Source: Candidatus Poribacteria bacterium | Lineage (GTDB): Bacteria; Poribacteria; WGA-4E; WGA-3G | Assembly (NCBI GenBank): GCA_965242965.1 | Contig: OZ251518.1 | Coordinates: 576,001-640,000 of the forward strand | Direction: 5' to 3' | Length of the DNA stretch: 64,000 nucleotides | In this document: positions 39,001 through 48,437 of the stretch, in pieces | Numbering within the stretch: the stretch's first letter is position 1 | Layout of the letters: each line of letters begins with the position of its first letter | The notes under the pieces: model-generated | What the model saw: only the letters and a program-made list of their open reading frames with translations | Database searches by the model: none | What the model was told of the DNA's origin: nothing | Program-made: the position numbers and the translations under genes

Positions 39001-39450
39001 GCGTTCATAGCCGAAGAATAGTTGTAAAACATCGACGAGAGTGCCCGGGTCGGTGATGTCCGCGTCCAGCACTTCCTTGCCGTTCTGATAGAGAATGGCG
39101 CGTTCCGGCGTTTGGAAGAGGATGTTGTCCTGTGGGTAATCGGCATCGAACTTGGTTTGGATTTCGGCACGGAGGTTTCCGTGAACGCCTTTCGCCTCCC
39201 AAGTGCCGCGCGGTAACCGGTGCCGGTCGAACAGCATGCCATCTAAACGGATAGGATTTCTGCCGGGGACGCGAAGCGTTTGCTCACAGATGAGCGTCCA
39301 CTTTACCTGTCGTGCACAGGTTTCCAGCAGTGTTTGGAAGGCGGCGCGCACGGCGGTCTCGTGCGTGGCGCGCTGGTGCCGGTATTCGTCCAGCGCGGTG
39401 TAATAGGTAGTCACCACTTTGTGGTGCGGTTTGAGATTCAATGTCGGCAT
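36022..39450 (-). CDS. Type IIG/ISP-like restriction-modification enzyme (N6-adenine MTase + TRD) with in-frame REP insert
   Basis: IRLDG...WEAK nuclease motif; GIVYTPQPIV, IDPFVGTGNF, GNPPY, TSRDAW, YRPF, SALEWVIDQY, SGIVNDPN. Confidence 0.92.
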   Translation of the reverse strand: MPTLNLKPHHKVVTTYYTALDEYRHQRATHETAVRAAFQTLLETCARQVKWTLICEQTLRVPGRNPIRLDGMLFDRHRLPRGTWEAKGVHGNLRAEIQTKFDADYPQDNILFQTPERAILYQNGKEVLDADITDPGTLVDVLQLFFGYERENAAKWEAAVAEFKTLVPELEREVAGLIRTQHETNPQFRNAFADFHQLCQTAINPNLSEAAVEKMLVQHLLTERTFRTVFNNPDFTRRNIIAREIEKVIDALAAQAFSRGEFLQSLDRFYREIEREAATLVDFSQKQHFLNTVYEQFFQGASADVADTHGIVYTPQPIVDFMVKSVNHLLQTEFGRSLSDEGVHIIDPFVGTGNFIVRLMREIDTFKLEAKYRSELWCNEVLLLPYYIASLNIEREFYSATNTYLPFEGISLVDTFDLAEDRQLSLLTAENTARVEKQKTAPMFVIIGNPPYNVGQQNANDNNQNRKYPAMDKRLRETYALDSKASAKNTLYDTYVKSIRWASDRIGKSGIVALVTNNGFLDAKAFDGMRKHLATDFDEIYILDLGGNARRGKLVSDASVFGIQVGVSINIFVKNTAKEPFSTVARGPVPREHDAEEPFSTVARGPVPRDHDMARDRPSPYGNGDNPVPRERDAEEPFSTVARGPVPRDHDMARDRPSPYGNGDNPVPRDHDAEEPLSTVARGPVPRDHDMARDRPSPYGNRDNSARIFYYRTDDAWNKNQKFDFLAQVENLGNIPWQTLTPDERHTWLTEGLRDEWTTFIPIGSKSAKRTKGQAEGVIFHSFSLGVTTSRDAWVYNFNRQTLTEKLTEMLDFYHAEEGKWKRRTVQDVDVDNFVNTDGTKIKWSTKLKSALEKGMPIEFVPENIRTTLYRPFTKSTLYFDRTLNERVGRFPSIFPILDTERENQVIWLKTGQDWPMFALMTNKICDSMPQSGSQCFPFYIYDEDGTNRRENITDWALQDFRAHYGDTTITKWDIFHYNYAVLHHPEYRERYAADMKRDLPHIPYAEDFWAFANAGAQLAELHLNYETSPQYPLNFITKPDAPLDLRVERMRLSKDKTQLKYNEYLTLADIPAEAFAYRLGTRSALEWVIDQYQVKTDKRSGIVNDPNDAARPRYLVELIGSVITVSLETLRIVEGLPELRL
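37345..37715. repeat. Three tandem 117-bp REP-doublet units plus a partial unit inside the R-M CDS
   Basis: ACCGTAGGGCGAGGG at 37351, 37468 and 37585 (period 117 bp = 39 codons). Confidence 0.93.
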
Positions 39451-39458
39451 ATTTTCTC

Positions 39459-40235
39459 CTATGCAGCGTTCGGGAGTTGTAACGTTGTGCGGATAGCGTG
39501 GCGGACTTCAGTGCAGATATACACGGCATGTTCAACCTCCGCTTCTGTTGCATAATAGGTTTCATAGCGGACATCCATGGCGTGTGGTTTGAATCTCTCG
39601 AAGTCAAGCCGCCATGCGCGCCACTCGGGGCGCGTCGGGACGATCAGATTCAACAATTCGTTTAAATCGTGCGTCCGCGGCACCGGCAAGTTTGCCTCTT
39701 GTAGCCACGCCTTGAGGTATTTCTCGATACACATCTGCGCGTGGGACCAGATTAAGTCATAGAGTTTGGATGTCAATGCCTGTTGAAACCGCTCGATTCC
39801 TGCCCAATGTGATTCGGCTGGCCTCACTTTTTCGAGCGTCAAGGGATTGATAACCCCGTTTTCCTCCCAGATGGGCACCAAAGCATCTTCGGCGAGTTCT
39901 ATCGGCGGCAATGCGTTTTCTGTGTCGTAAAGCACGCTGCCTTTTTCGATTACCTCTCGCAGAAACCAGTCGTTGTGTGAGACGCGATACGCAATATCTG
40001 CAGGTGAACGGACGAGTAAGTCCATCGGGAACCGCTGCGGAATACGCCGCTGAATCTCGTTTCTTTTCTCTCGCCGTTCTGTCTCGGTGACATCCATCAC
40101 CACGAACAGGTCGACATCCGATTCTTCTGTCGGCGGGTTGCCATACGCGTAAGAACCGAAGAGGATAACCTGCAGCGGCGCGAATTCGCGGACAATGTCA
40201 TCGCAAGTGGCTTGAATCTGTTTTGCGGAAATCAT
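39459..40235 (-). CDS. Fused nucleotidyltransferase (MNT)-HEPN protein, copy 2
   Basis: ILFGSYAYG...ESDVDL; HAQMCIEKYLKA, PRTHDL, RY. Confidence 0.88.
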   Translation of the reverse strand: MISAKQIQATCDDIVREFAPLQVILFGSYAYGNPPTEESDVDLFVVMDVTETERREKRNEIQRRIPQRFPMDLLVRSPADIAYRVSHNDWFLREVIEKGSVLYDTENALPPIELAEDALVPIWEENGVINPLTLEKVRPAESHWAGIERFQQALTSKLYDLIWSHAQMCIEKYLKAWLQEANLPVPRTHDLNELLNLIVPTRPEWRAWRLDFERFKPHAMDVRYETYYATEAEVEHAVYICTEVRHAIRTTLQLPNAA

Positions 40236-41017
40236 GAGGTTGTATCTCCGTTGTTCGGGAGTTGTAGCGTTGTGCGGATAGCGTGGCGGACTTCGGTGCA
40301 GATATGCACAGCATGTTCAGCGTCTGCCTCCGTCGCGGAATAGGTTTCATAGCGGACATCCACGGCGTGTGGCTTGAATCTCTCGAAGTCAAACCGCCAT
40401 GCATGCCACTCGGGGCGCGTCCGCACAATCAGGCGCAACAACTCGTTTAAATTGTGCGTCCGAGGCACACGCAGATTCGCCTCCTGCAGCCACGCCTTCA
40501 GGTATTTTTCGACACACTGCTGCGCGTGGAAACAGATTTGATCGCGGAGAGGTCTGGGTGCCTGCTGCACCAGTGTCAGCATCGTATCCCAATCATCCTC
40601 AGCATTCTGCACTTTCTCGCGTGTCAATGGATTCATGGTCCCGTTTTCTTCCCAGACCGGCACCAAAGCATCCTCGGCGAGTGTCATCGGCGGCAATGCG
40701 TCTTCTGTCTCGTAAAGCACGTGCCCTTTTTCGATTACCTCGCGGAGGAACCAGTCGTTATGCGAGAAACGATACGCGATATCCTCCCGCGAACGAACCT
40801 GCAAATCGAGAGGGAAACGTTCGGGGATACGTTCTTTAATCTCGCATCGCTGCTGCCACGTCTCTGATTTTAGAATATCCATCACAACGAGCAGATCGAT
40901 GTCGGAGTCTTCAGTTGGCGCGCCATATGCGTAAGAACCGAAGAGGATAACCTGCAGCGGCGCGAATTCGCGAACGATGTCATCGCAGGTGGCTTGAATT
41001 TCTTTTGCGGAAATCAT
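40232..41017 (-). CDS. Fused nucleotidyltransferase (MNT)-HEPN protein, copy 1
   Basis: ILFGSYAYG...DSDIDL; CFHAQQCVEKYLKA, PRTHNL, RY; ATGA overlap with copy 2. Confidence 0.88.
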   Translation of the reverse strand: MISAKEIQATCDDIVREFAPLQVILFGSYAYGAPTEDSDIDLLVVMDILKSETWQQRCEIKERIPERFPLDLQVRSREDIAYRFSHNDWFLREVIEKGHVLYETEDALPPMTLAEDALVPVWEENGTMNPLTREKVQNAEDDWDTMLTLVQQAPRPLRDQICFHAQQCVEKYLKAWLQEANLRVPRTHNLNELLRLIVRTRPEWHAWRFDFERFKPHAVDVRYETYSATEADAEHAVHICTEVRHAIRTTLQLPNNGDTTS

Positions 41018-41054
41018 GAGGTTGTGTCTCCGTTTTTTTTGGGGTTTTGATTTT

Positions 41055-41084
41055 AGTATAACATGCAAAGGTCGGAAATGTCAA
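41055..41084 (-). promoter_or_regulatory. sigma70 promoter of the MNT-HEPN / R-M / CRTAC1 run
   Basis: TTGACA-N18-TATACT with TG extension. Confidence 0.6.
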
Positions 41085-41118
41085 GATGTTTTGCAATAAA
41101 ACGATTTTCGTGGTAAAC

Positions 41119-41335
41119 TGAGGGTGTTTCATAACTCCGTTTCAGAATTTATCCCGCCTTGGAGGGCGGGCGAATACCGGCAGGCATTGGGCCCACCTCT
41201 GTAGTTCGGGATCGCCAGATCCCGAACAGGTCAGGATCAGGCGATCCTGACCTACAGAGGAGATGAGGTCTGACACCAAAACGCATGGCGAGGGACAGGC
41301 CCTCGCCCTACGGTACCGGATGCCGTTTTTTTTAC
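41119..41335. mobile_element. One-ended MITE-like element (TIR + ~100-bp subterminal module + REPs)
   Basis: TGAGGGTGTTTCATAACTCCGTTTCAGAATTTATCCCGCC..., near-identical to the reverse complement of the ends at 54985 and 59591. Confidence 0.65.
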
Positions 41336-41382
41336 GCCTCGTTTTAGGTCCTTAAAATCGCCTGTGGATAGGAAAAGATACC

Positions 41383-43200
41383 ATGCGCCAACCTCAACAC
41401 ATCATTCAGATATGTCTCCTTCTCATTGCGCTGTGCGGGAACACCGCGCGAGGCGATGACATGATGTCCCTCTTTGCGCAAGGCATCGAAGAATTAAACG
41501 CCGGACAATTGGACGCTGCCCTTGAAACGTTCAAGCAGGTAACGACAACCGCGCCGAATTTTCCTGACGCGCACTATCACCTCGGGCTCGTCTATTATCA
41601 GAAGGCACAATTCCGAGAAGCAGTGGCAGCGTTCAAGGAAACCTTGAAATTCCTGCCGCGCGATGTTGAGGCACTCGTCAACCTCGGGCTGGCATATTAC
41701 AGAGCAGAGGAGGTGACGCAGGCAGTAAACGCATACCGGACCGCGCTGGAAATCCAGCCGCATAACGTTGAGGCACTCAACAACCTTGGACTTGCTTATC
41801 AGGAATTGGGACAAGTTGAAGAGGCGATTGCCGCTTATCAGGAGGCGTTGCGGCTCAGACCGGATTTGCCAGAGGTGCAGGCAAACCTCGCGACCGCGGG
41901 GGAGTTGCAACGCGGCACCTATTCGCTTGCCGCCTATCGGCATTATCGCACCGGCATGCAGTTGAAGCGCGCGGGACAAACCGAAGCAGCCGTCGCCGCA
42001 TGGAAACAGGCTATTGCCGAAAGTCCGCGCTATCGACTCGCGCACCTCCAATTGGCGGAAACTTATTTTGAGGGAGGGACATACGAACGCGCAATCTCTG
42101 CCTACTTAGCGGCACTTGAACTGCATCCGGATGCTGGGACAGCGATAGAAAGCCACTCTTACAATCGTTCAGATGATGCCGACATCTTCTACAATCTCGG
42201 CAACAGTTATCTCTACGCGGAGAAGTTGGAATCGGCGGTTTCGGCGTATCAGCGCGCCGTGGAGATAAACCCGAAGTTGGCATCTGCTTGGGCGAATATG
42301 GGGACGGTGCTTCTGGAATTAGAACGTATTGATGCCGCCATTGCGGCGTGCGAAAATGCCTTGGAAATCGTGCCCGCCGCGCACCAAATCCGAACCACAC
42401 TGATTTCCGCGCAAGGCATCAAATTGGGCCAGTGGACGATGCAGGCGTATCGCTTGTGGAAGCGCGGGGTTGCTGCCGCAAACCGCGGCGAAACGCAAAC
42501 GGCAATTGAATTGTGGAGACAGGCGGTCGCGCTGAGTCCAAACTATACCCAAGCATACGAGAATTTGGGATGGACATACTTCACTCTCCAGCGGTTTGAC
42601 GATGCTATCCAAGCGTGTCAAGCGGCGCAGACCTCTTTCTCCGCGCAGCTCATCACCTTCGCGCGAGAACTGAAGGCTGGAAAATATCCGTTCAGAGCCT
42701 ATCAACTTTGGGAACAAGGCAGGCGCGCGAGTGCCGCTGGCGAACTTGAAAAAGCAGTCGCGCTCTTGGCACAAGCGGTTGCGAAAGGACCCGAGTTTAT
42801 TGAGGCGGCCAATACGCTGGCGTGGCTCTACGCCGACAAGTTAGGCACAAACCTCGCGGAAGCAGAAAAATTAGCGCGACGTGCAATTTCGTTATCAGAG
42901 GGTGCGGATGTGCCAGACCTGCCGCATTTGCATCACACGCTGGGGTGGATTCTTTACAAGCAGGGACGCTATGTGGAAGCACGCAATGCCTTTGCTGTTG
43001 CACTGCGCTATTCCCCGAACAACGCCGAATATCTGTATCATGCCAGTTTAGCGGCGGTGAAAAATGGCGCGACACCGCAGGCGTTGGAATATCTCGCGCA
43101 AGCCATTAAACAGGATGCGCGTTGGATAGAGATGGCGCGAACGCAATCGGAGTTTGATGCGATTCGTTTTCAGGCGCGGTTTCGGGCTCTGGTCCCATAA
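41383..43200 (+). CDS. Secreted TPR repeat protein
   Basis: Signal peptide; many TPRs (AHYHLGLVY, ALNNLGLAY, IFYNLGNSY); C-terminal A..F..IR...RF..L cap. Confidence 0.92.
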   Translation: MRQPQHIIQICLLLIALCGNTARGDDMMSLFAQGIEELNAGQLDAALETFKQVTTTAPNFPDAHYHLGLVYYQKAQFREAVAAFKETLKFLPRDVEALVNLGLAYYRAEEVTQAVNAYRTALEIQPHNVEALNNLGLAYQELGQVEEAIAAYQEALRLRPDLPEVQANLATAGELQRGTYSLAAYRHYRTGMQLKRAGQTEAAVAAWKQAIAESPRYRLAHLQLAETYFEGGTYERAISAYLAALELHPDAGTAIESHSYNRSDDADIFYNLGNSYLYAEKLESAVSAYQRAVEINPKLASAWANMGTVLLELERIDAAIAACENALEIVPAAHQIRTTLISAQGIKLGQWTMQAYRLWKRGVAAANRGETQTAIELWRQAVALSPNYTQAYENLGWTYFTLQRFDDAIQACQAAQTSFSAQLITFARELKAGKYPFRAYQLWEQGRRASAAGELEKAVALLAQAVAKGPEFIEAANTLAWLYADKLGTNLAEAEKLARRAISLSEGADVPDLPHLHHTLGWILYKQGRYVEARNAFAVALRYSPNNAEYLYHASLAAVKNGATPQALEYLAQAIKQDARWIEMARTQSEFDAIRFQARFRALVP

Positions 43201-43215
43201 AAGCGTAGGACAAGC

Positions 43216-43985
43216 GTAGGAGAGACCTCCTGGTCTCGATGCAATAGGGCGGCGGAAAGCCTCCCTTCATCGTAGGGCGAGGGCCTGTCCCTCGCCATCG
43301 TCCGCGTAATCCAACGATCGCGGGGGACAGGCCCCCGCGCTACGATAAAAAACGCCCCCCCTTCACCGTAGGGCGAGGGCCTGTCCCTCGCCATCGTTCA
43401 CGCGCCAGGCTCTGTAGGTCAAGAGCACCTGCTCTTGACCCGTTTGTGATCAGGCGATCACAAACTACAGAGGAGGAAACACACATCATGACGATGGGGA
43501 TCGCGGGGGACAGGCCCCCGCGCTACGATAAAAAAACGGTTCCCGAACCATCGCGGGGGAAACCCGCTCGGATGCGCGTGTGGCATCCGAGGGCCCCCGC
43601 GCTGCGATAAAAACGTCCCCCTCACCGTAGGGCGAGGGCCTGTCCCTCGCCATGTGTTTTTGTGTCAGAGCGCATCACACCTGTAGGTCAGGATCGCCTG
43701 ATCCTGACCCGTTTGTGATCAGGCGATCACAAACTACAGAGGGGGAAACACACATCATGACGATGGAGATCGCGGGGGCAACCCTCTCGGATGCGCGTGT
43801 GGCATCCGAGGGCCCCCGCGCTACGATAAAAAACGTCCCGCTCACCGTAGGGCGAGGGCCTGTCCCTCGCCATCGTTCACGCGCCGGGCTCTGTAGGTCA
43901 AGAGTGCCTGCTCTTGACCCGTTCGGGAGCGGGCGCTCCCGAACTACTTTCATGTTCGTAGTGCGGGGGCCTGTCCCCCGCGCTC
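43216..43985. repeat. REP mosaic between the convergent TPR and gspD genes
   Basis: About 240-bp composite unit repeated, built from GTAG palindromes of several families. Confidence 0.9.
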
Positions 43986-44004
43986 GGTGCGTGAGGAGGG
44001 ACAT

Positions 44005-46959
44005 CTATTCCTCCTCTTCTGTCGTCTCCTTCGGCTCAATCAGCTCCATACCGTTGTTTTGCCAATTGTCCGCCTTCTCTTTCAACTTCTCGATGTCCCC
44101 CGGATTCTTGATGTCCACGATGTGCGGCGTGATGATAATCACAATCTCCGCGTTCTCAATTTTGGTGTCTGTCTTCTTGAAAAAGCGGCCGATAAGCGGA
44201 ATATCACCCAGAATCGGGAGTTTCACCTCAACGTTAGTCTGCTTCTGGCGGATAATGCCGCCGACGACAATTTGCTGTCCATCTTCAACATCAATATAGC
44301 TGCTGATGGAGTTGTCCTCGGTGATCGGCGCGTTGAAATCCGTGAACTCCACGAAGTTGCTAGCACTGATATTGGCAATGTCCAAGCCAATCGTGCGGGT
44401 GCCATCTTCGCTCGCCTGCGATTTGGCGATGTACGGCGTGATATCGATGTTGATGCCGACAGGCGGATCGATGAAATCGTAGTTGAAAAGCGGCTGCGAG
44501 ACTCCCTCGCCGAGGATGCTGTTCGTATCAACGCTTTGCAGATAGGGGATGCGCCGCCCACTGCTCCATGTAGCTGGCTGGCTATCGCGCGTCAGCAGCG
44601 ACGGTGTGGAGAGCGTCCGCACCTTGTTCTCACGAATCATCGCGTGGAGCAGTGCCATATACTCATTCGTCGCCAAACTGATATTAAAACCCGAGACTTC
44701 TCGTTCAAGTGCCAACTCCGGTGTCAGTTCCCCGACGAGGGGGTTGCCGCGGCGCGGTTCAATGCCGAAAATTCTATTCTCCTCTACCGTCAATTCAATG
44801 CCGAGTTTCGTGGTATCGTCAAGCGTGACCTCAAGGATGCGGATGTCTATCCACACCTGCCCGCGCACGAAATCTAATTTGGCGATGAGGGCTCGGACAT
44901 CGGGGAGATACCGCTGCAGTGTGGTGACAACCAGCGTGTTTGTGTCCTCGTCGGCGTGAACCGTGACTTTGCCGCGCAGCGAGTTAATGTCTTTCTGCTC
45001 CATGCGGCCGCCGGTGGCGAAGAACCGGCTAAAACTGAAGCGGTTTTGACTGTCATCGCCTTCCCAAACGTCTTCAAGCACATCCTCAAGTTCTTCGGCG
45101 TTGGCGTATTCCAACCGAATCGTCTCTGTCACCTCTTTTTGGCCCTGCGGTGTCGGCACATCTAAGTCCTTGATGAACTGCGTAATGAGGTCGAAGTTAC
45201 GCTGTGTGGAGGTAGAAATGATGACAGCGTTCAGCGTGATGTAGGGCTCTGCCGTAACATTGCCGGCGAGTGAACCTTGCGTCTGGTTGCGCTGCCGTTC
45301 CGCGAGAAAGAAGAAAAAGTTGCCGCTGTCCCCTGAACCCCCTTGGTAAGTATTGTTAATGATATTTGCGATGTTTTCTGCATCGGCGTATTGGAGTTTA
45401 AATATCTCAGTGCCCCATTCCTGGTCTGGCATGGCGACATCCACTTTGCTGAGGAGGTCATCGATAACCTCAAAGTTTTGCGCGGAGGTGGATACCATGA
45501 GCGCGTTGAGGCGGGCATCGGGGACAATGTGGACTTCGCCCTGGATGCCGAATCCGGTGCTACCACTCGGTTCGCGTCGTGCTCTGGCCCACCAAGGTCT
45601 TTCCCTGTCTGCGCCAGCACTGCCGCCTTCAAAAAGGTCTTGAAGACTCGGCGCGAGGGTATCCGCAATGGCATACTTCAGGTAATAGATTTTGATTTCT
45701 GTCTGCGTTTGCTCCTGGTCCAGCGCGTTGATAACTTTGTCAATGATAGAGAAATTCCTCGGGTCTGATGCAACGACGACAACGTTCAGCCTGTCATCCC
45801 GCGAGACTCTCACGTCACCGACGATGCCTTGATTTTCAACGCCTTGTTCCCGCCGAAACGCGCGGATTTTCGCCCGGTCCCACGGGTCTGCCCTGCCGGT
45901 GTTCCGACTGCTTTCGCCGGTGATTACCTCCTGCAATACGCTTGCAACATCTTCGGCGGTGGCGTTCTTGAGACGAAATATCCGAATCTCGGTGCGCAAG
46001 GTCGGCGAGATGTCTAACTGACGGATGAGCTCTCGGAGGAGGACCAGGTTCGCTTCAGATGCCTTCACGACAAGCGAGTTGGAGTTGGCATCGGCATAGA
46101 TTTGCACGGTGCCTTGGAACATTTCAAAATCAGTCCCTTGTTCGATGGCTAGCCGTGCGTCGTCTGCATCGCCGATTCTTTTACCACCGCTCGTCTTCTG
46201 CTCGTCTTCCTCTTCCTGAAAGACTCGCGTGAGCATTTGCGCGAGTTCGGTTGCATCGGCGTAAGTTAGCGGGATAATCGCGATGCGCAACGGGAACCGT
46301 TCCCCTTCATCGGCGATTTGCAAGATAGAGACGATTCTGCGGATATTGGAGGCAACGTCGGTGATGACGAGCGCGTTCGTGGTAGCCTCCGCGAAAATGA
46401 CAGCCTGTTTGTTGAGCAAGGGCCGCAACGCTTCCACTTGTTCGGAAGCGACAGCGTTCTCCAGTTGCACAACATAAGTCTGGATTTCGTCTGTCTCCTC
46501 CACTTGTGCCGGATCGGCGAAGATGTGGTTAAACGGCACTTTCATCACCATCGCCTTCTCAAAAGTGGTGATGAGGAGCGTGCTGTCAGTGCGAATGAGC
46601 GTCAGGTTATACTGCGCGAGGATAGTTTTGATTCTTTCGATGACCTGGTCCAACGTGACGTTTTTGAGATTAATCAGTGAGAACCGTTTATCGCGGAGGT
46701 CCTCTTCACTCGCGATGATGGTGAGTTCTGTTTCACGTGACAGCCATTCCAAGAGCCCTTTGAGTTCTTGTCCGGTGAAGTTAAAGTCAAAGCGGATGGC
46801 GCGTCCTTCGTCATCAGTTTCGGCGACGCGCATCGGCGGTTCTTGCTGGTTCTGAGCGGGGAGCTCCGCGAGTAGCCCGAGCAGCAGCCCCACACAAACA
46901 AGTGAGATGAATATTTTTCTATGTCGCAATGCGTTTGATAACGTCTCTGGTGCAATCAT
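44005..46959 (-). CDS. gspD: Type II secretion secretin with expanded N domains
   Basis: About six N-domain repeats (L.YA.A..LA), QVWID.RI.EV, LSTPSLLT.D...A, V.DGQ.IVVGG, KLPILGDIPLIGRFFK, ITPHI. Confidence 0.92.
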   Translation of the reverse strand: MIAPETLSNALRHRKIFISLVCVGLLLGLLAELPAQNQQEPPMRVAETDDEGRAIRFDFNFTGQELKGLLEWLSRETELTIIASEEDLRDKRFSLINLKNVTLDQVIERIKTILAQYNLTLIRTDSTLLITTFEKAMVMKVPFNHIFADPAQVEETDEIQTYVVQLENAVASEQVEALRPLLNKQAVIFAEATTNALVITDVASNIRRIVSILQIADEGERFPLRIAIIPLTYADATELAQMLTRVFQEEEDEQKTSGGKRIGDADDARLAIEQGTDFEMFQGTVQIYADANSNSLVVKASEANLVLLRELIRQLDISPTLRTEIRIFRLKNATAEDVASVLQEVITGESSRNTGRADPWDRAKIRAFRREQGVENQGIVGDVRVSRDDRLNVVVVASDPRNFSIIDKVINALDQEQTQTEIKIYYLKYAIADTLAPSLQDLFEGGSAGADRERPWWARARREPSGSTGFGIQGEVHIVPDARLNALMVSTSAQNFEVIDDLLSKVDVAMPDQEWGTEIFKLQYADAENIANIINNTYQGGSGDSGNFFFFLAERQRNQTQGSLAGNVTAEPYITLNAVIISTSTQRNFDLITQFIKDLDVPTPQGQKEVTETIRLEYANAEELEDVLEDVWEGDDSQNRFSFSRFFATGGRMEQKDINSLRGKVTVHADEDTNTLVVTTLQRYLPDVRALIAKLDFVRGQVWIDIRILEVTLDDTTKLGIELTVEENRIFGIEPRRGNPLVGELTPELALEREVSGFNISLATNEYMALLHAMIRENKVRTLSTPSLLTRDSQPATWSSGRRIPYLQSVDTNSILGEGVSQPLFNYDFIDPPVGINIDITPYIAKSQASEDGTRTIGLDIANISASNFVEFTDFNAPITEDNSISSYIDVEDGQQIVVGGIIRQKQTNVEVKLPILGDIPLIGRFFKKTDTKIENAEIVIIITPHIVDIKNPGDIEKLKEKADNWQNNGMELIEPKETTEEEE

Positions 46960-47059
46960 GTTTCTCTCCGTATATCTGTCATCAAGGGTGTTGATGACTC
47001 CGTTTTTGGTTTATTTACGTCTTGACACGGTGCGGAACAAGTTTTCCTCGCTCTACACT

Positions 47060-47180
47060 TTGACATGGCGCAGGACAGGCCCGCGCCCTACGAAATGAAG
47101 GTGCCCCTCTCTGTAGGGCAAGATCGCCTGATCTTGACTCCTGACACTTTGACATGGCGCGGGACAGGCCCGCGCCCTAC
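47060..47180 (-). repeat. REP cluster upstream of gspD
   Basis: Two CACTTTGACATGGCGC(A/G)GGACAGGCCCGCGCCCTACG copies flanking one GTAGGGCAAGATCGCCTGATCTTGAC. Confidence 0.85.
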
Positions 47181-47198
47181 GGACTAACGGCGAATCTG

Positions 47199-48431
47199 TC
47201 AAAAAATACGTGCGATCATCTGCACATTTACGCTCAATGTAGCTTCACGCTGCTGCCTGGGCGCGCCCGGCCGCCCGGGCCTCGCGCCTGTCTCACGCTG
47301 CTTTTCCACAGCGATCCTTAAATCTTTGACAGACAACCATTTCGTGCTGGTTTCGATGAGGTGGTTGAGCCGCACCAACTTTTCCATATCGGTTTTGAAT
47401 TTCATCTCGACGATGTAAGTCTCGGACTGATACGTCGCGGGTGCGAGAGCCAGCTGCTCTACTAGTCTTCTCCGCTGTTCCAGAATTGCCTCAACGTATT
47501 CTAACGTCGCCAAAATGAGATTTTCCTCATTGAACGGCATGGTGGGAATGCTAGGCACATTCTCTCCAGCCTCCGCCGCGTGTTGCTGTTGTTGCGCGGT
47601 GTAAGCCGCCGCGGCTTTCACTAGCAATTCCAATAGCGTGCTATCCTCTAGGAACTGCACTTCAACCGATGCCGGTGTTCCGCCGATGCCGAAAATGCCG
47701 GGGCTCGCAACCGTAGTTCGTTCGTGAATCTGTGACGCAAAGAAACCGCGCTTCTGATTTGCCGCGCCACGCAATTCTTGGACAACCATCGCATGGATGA
47801 AAGTGGCGAGTTGAACGCGGATATCCACGGGTATCATCTCCGGCAACGAGGCGAACGTCTGCGGCTTTTTCGCCTTCGCAGTTGCTGTGGCATCTTTTTC
47901 GGGTTCATCTTCTCCGAGCCATGCCGACATCATCTTGCCGAACATGTCCTCGCCTGCTGTTAACTCTTTCTCAAGTGCCGCTTTCTCCGCCTCCAAGTGT
48001 TTCAGGTAGAGGTAAAGGACGAGATGTTCTCGCGTTTGCATGGAGAGGTTCGTCGTCTGTTTGCCGGGTGCAGGCTTCGTCTGAATCTGATAATTTTGTT
48101 GCACGCCAGCGCGTTTGACAAGCGCGTCGATGCGCCGCCGGATTACCGTTTCCGGATGCTCCCGTTTGAAAATGGTGGCAACATTCGGCCGATTCTGAAC
48201 GGCTAACCCGGTATCCTTGTAGATTTCGGCTTCGACCTTTTCCAGCAGTTTCGCAGCCGCAATCAAATTTTCAGTTTTCTGCAGCTGCGCCTCTTTCGCA
48301 TCCATGTTGCTGATGGAAAAGATGCCCAAGAACGCCGGTCCGACTTGCATCGCGAGCGCAGCCAAGAGGACGACACCTAAGACGATAAGCAAGACTCGGG
48401 TCATCGGGGTTAATTGGATATTGACATCCAT
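47199..48431 (-). CDS. GspM/PilO-like inner-membrane platform protein
   Basis: N-terminal TM helix, coiled coil, C-terminal ferredoxin-like strands (IE...WLSVKDLRI); position in operon. Confidence 0.55.
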   Translation of the reverse strand: MDVNIQLTPMTRVLLIVLGVVLLAALAMQVGPAFLGIFSISNMDAKEAQLQKTENLIAAAKLLEKVEAEIYKDTGLAVQNRPNVATIFKREHPETVIRRRIDALVKRAGVQQNYQIQTKPAPGKQTTNLSMQTREHLVLYLYLKHLEAEKAALEKELTAGEDMFGKMMSAWLGEDEPEKDATATAKAKKPQTFASLPEMIPVDIRVQLATFIHAMVVQELRGAANQKRGFFASQIHERTTVASPGIFGIGGTPASVEVQFLEDSTLLELLVKAAAAYTAQQQQHAAEAGENVPSIPTMPFNEENLILATLEYVEAILEQRRRLVEQLALAPATYQSETYIVEMKFKTDMEKLVRLNHLIETSTKWLSVKDLRIAVEKQRETGARPGRPGAPRQQREATLSVNVQMIARIF

Positions 48432-48437
48432 GTTGTG

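Noticed and set aside
43652-44299. Small ORFs containing ARGPVPR, MARDRPSPY or RRARACPS (e.g. 11214, 22685, 32850, 59359, 61671)
   Set aside because: Spurious open frames of the repeats, with no RBS or domain content
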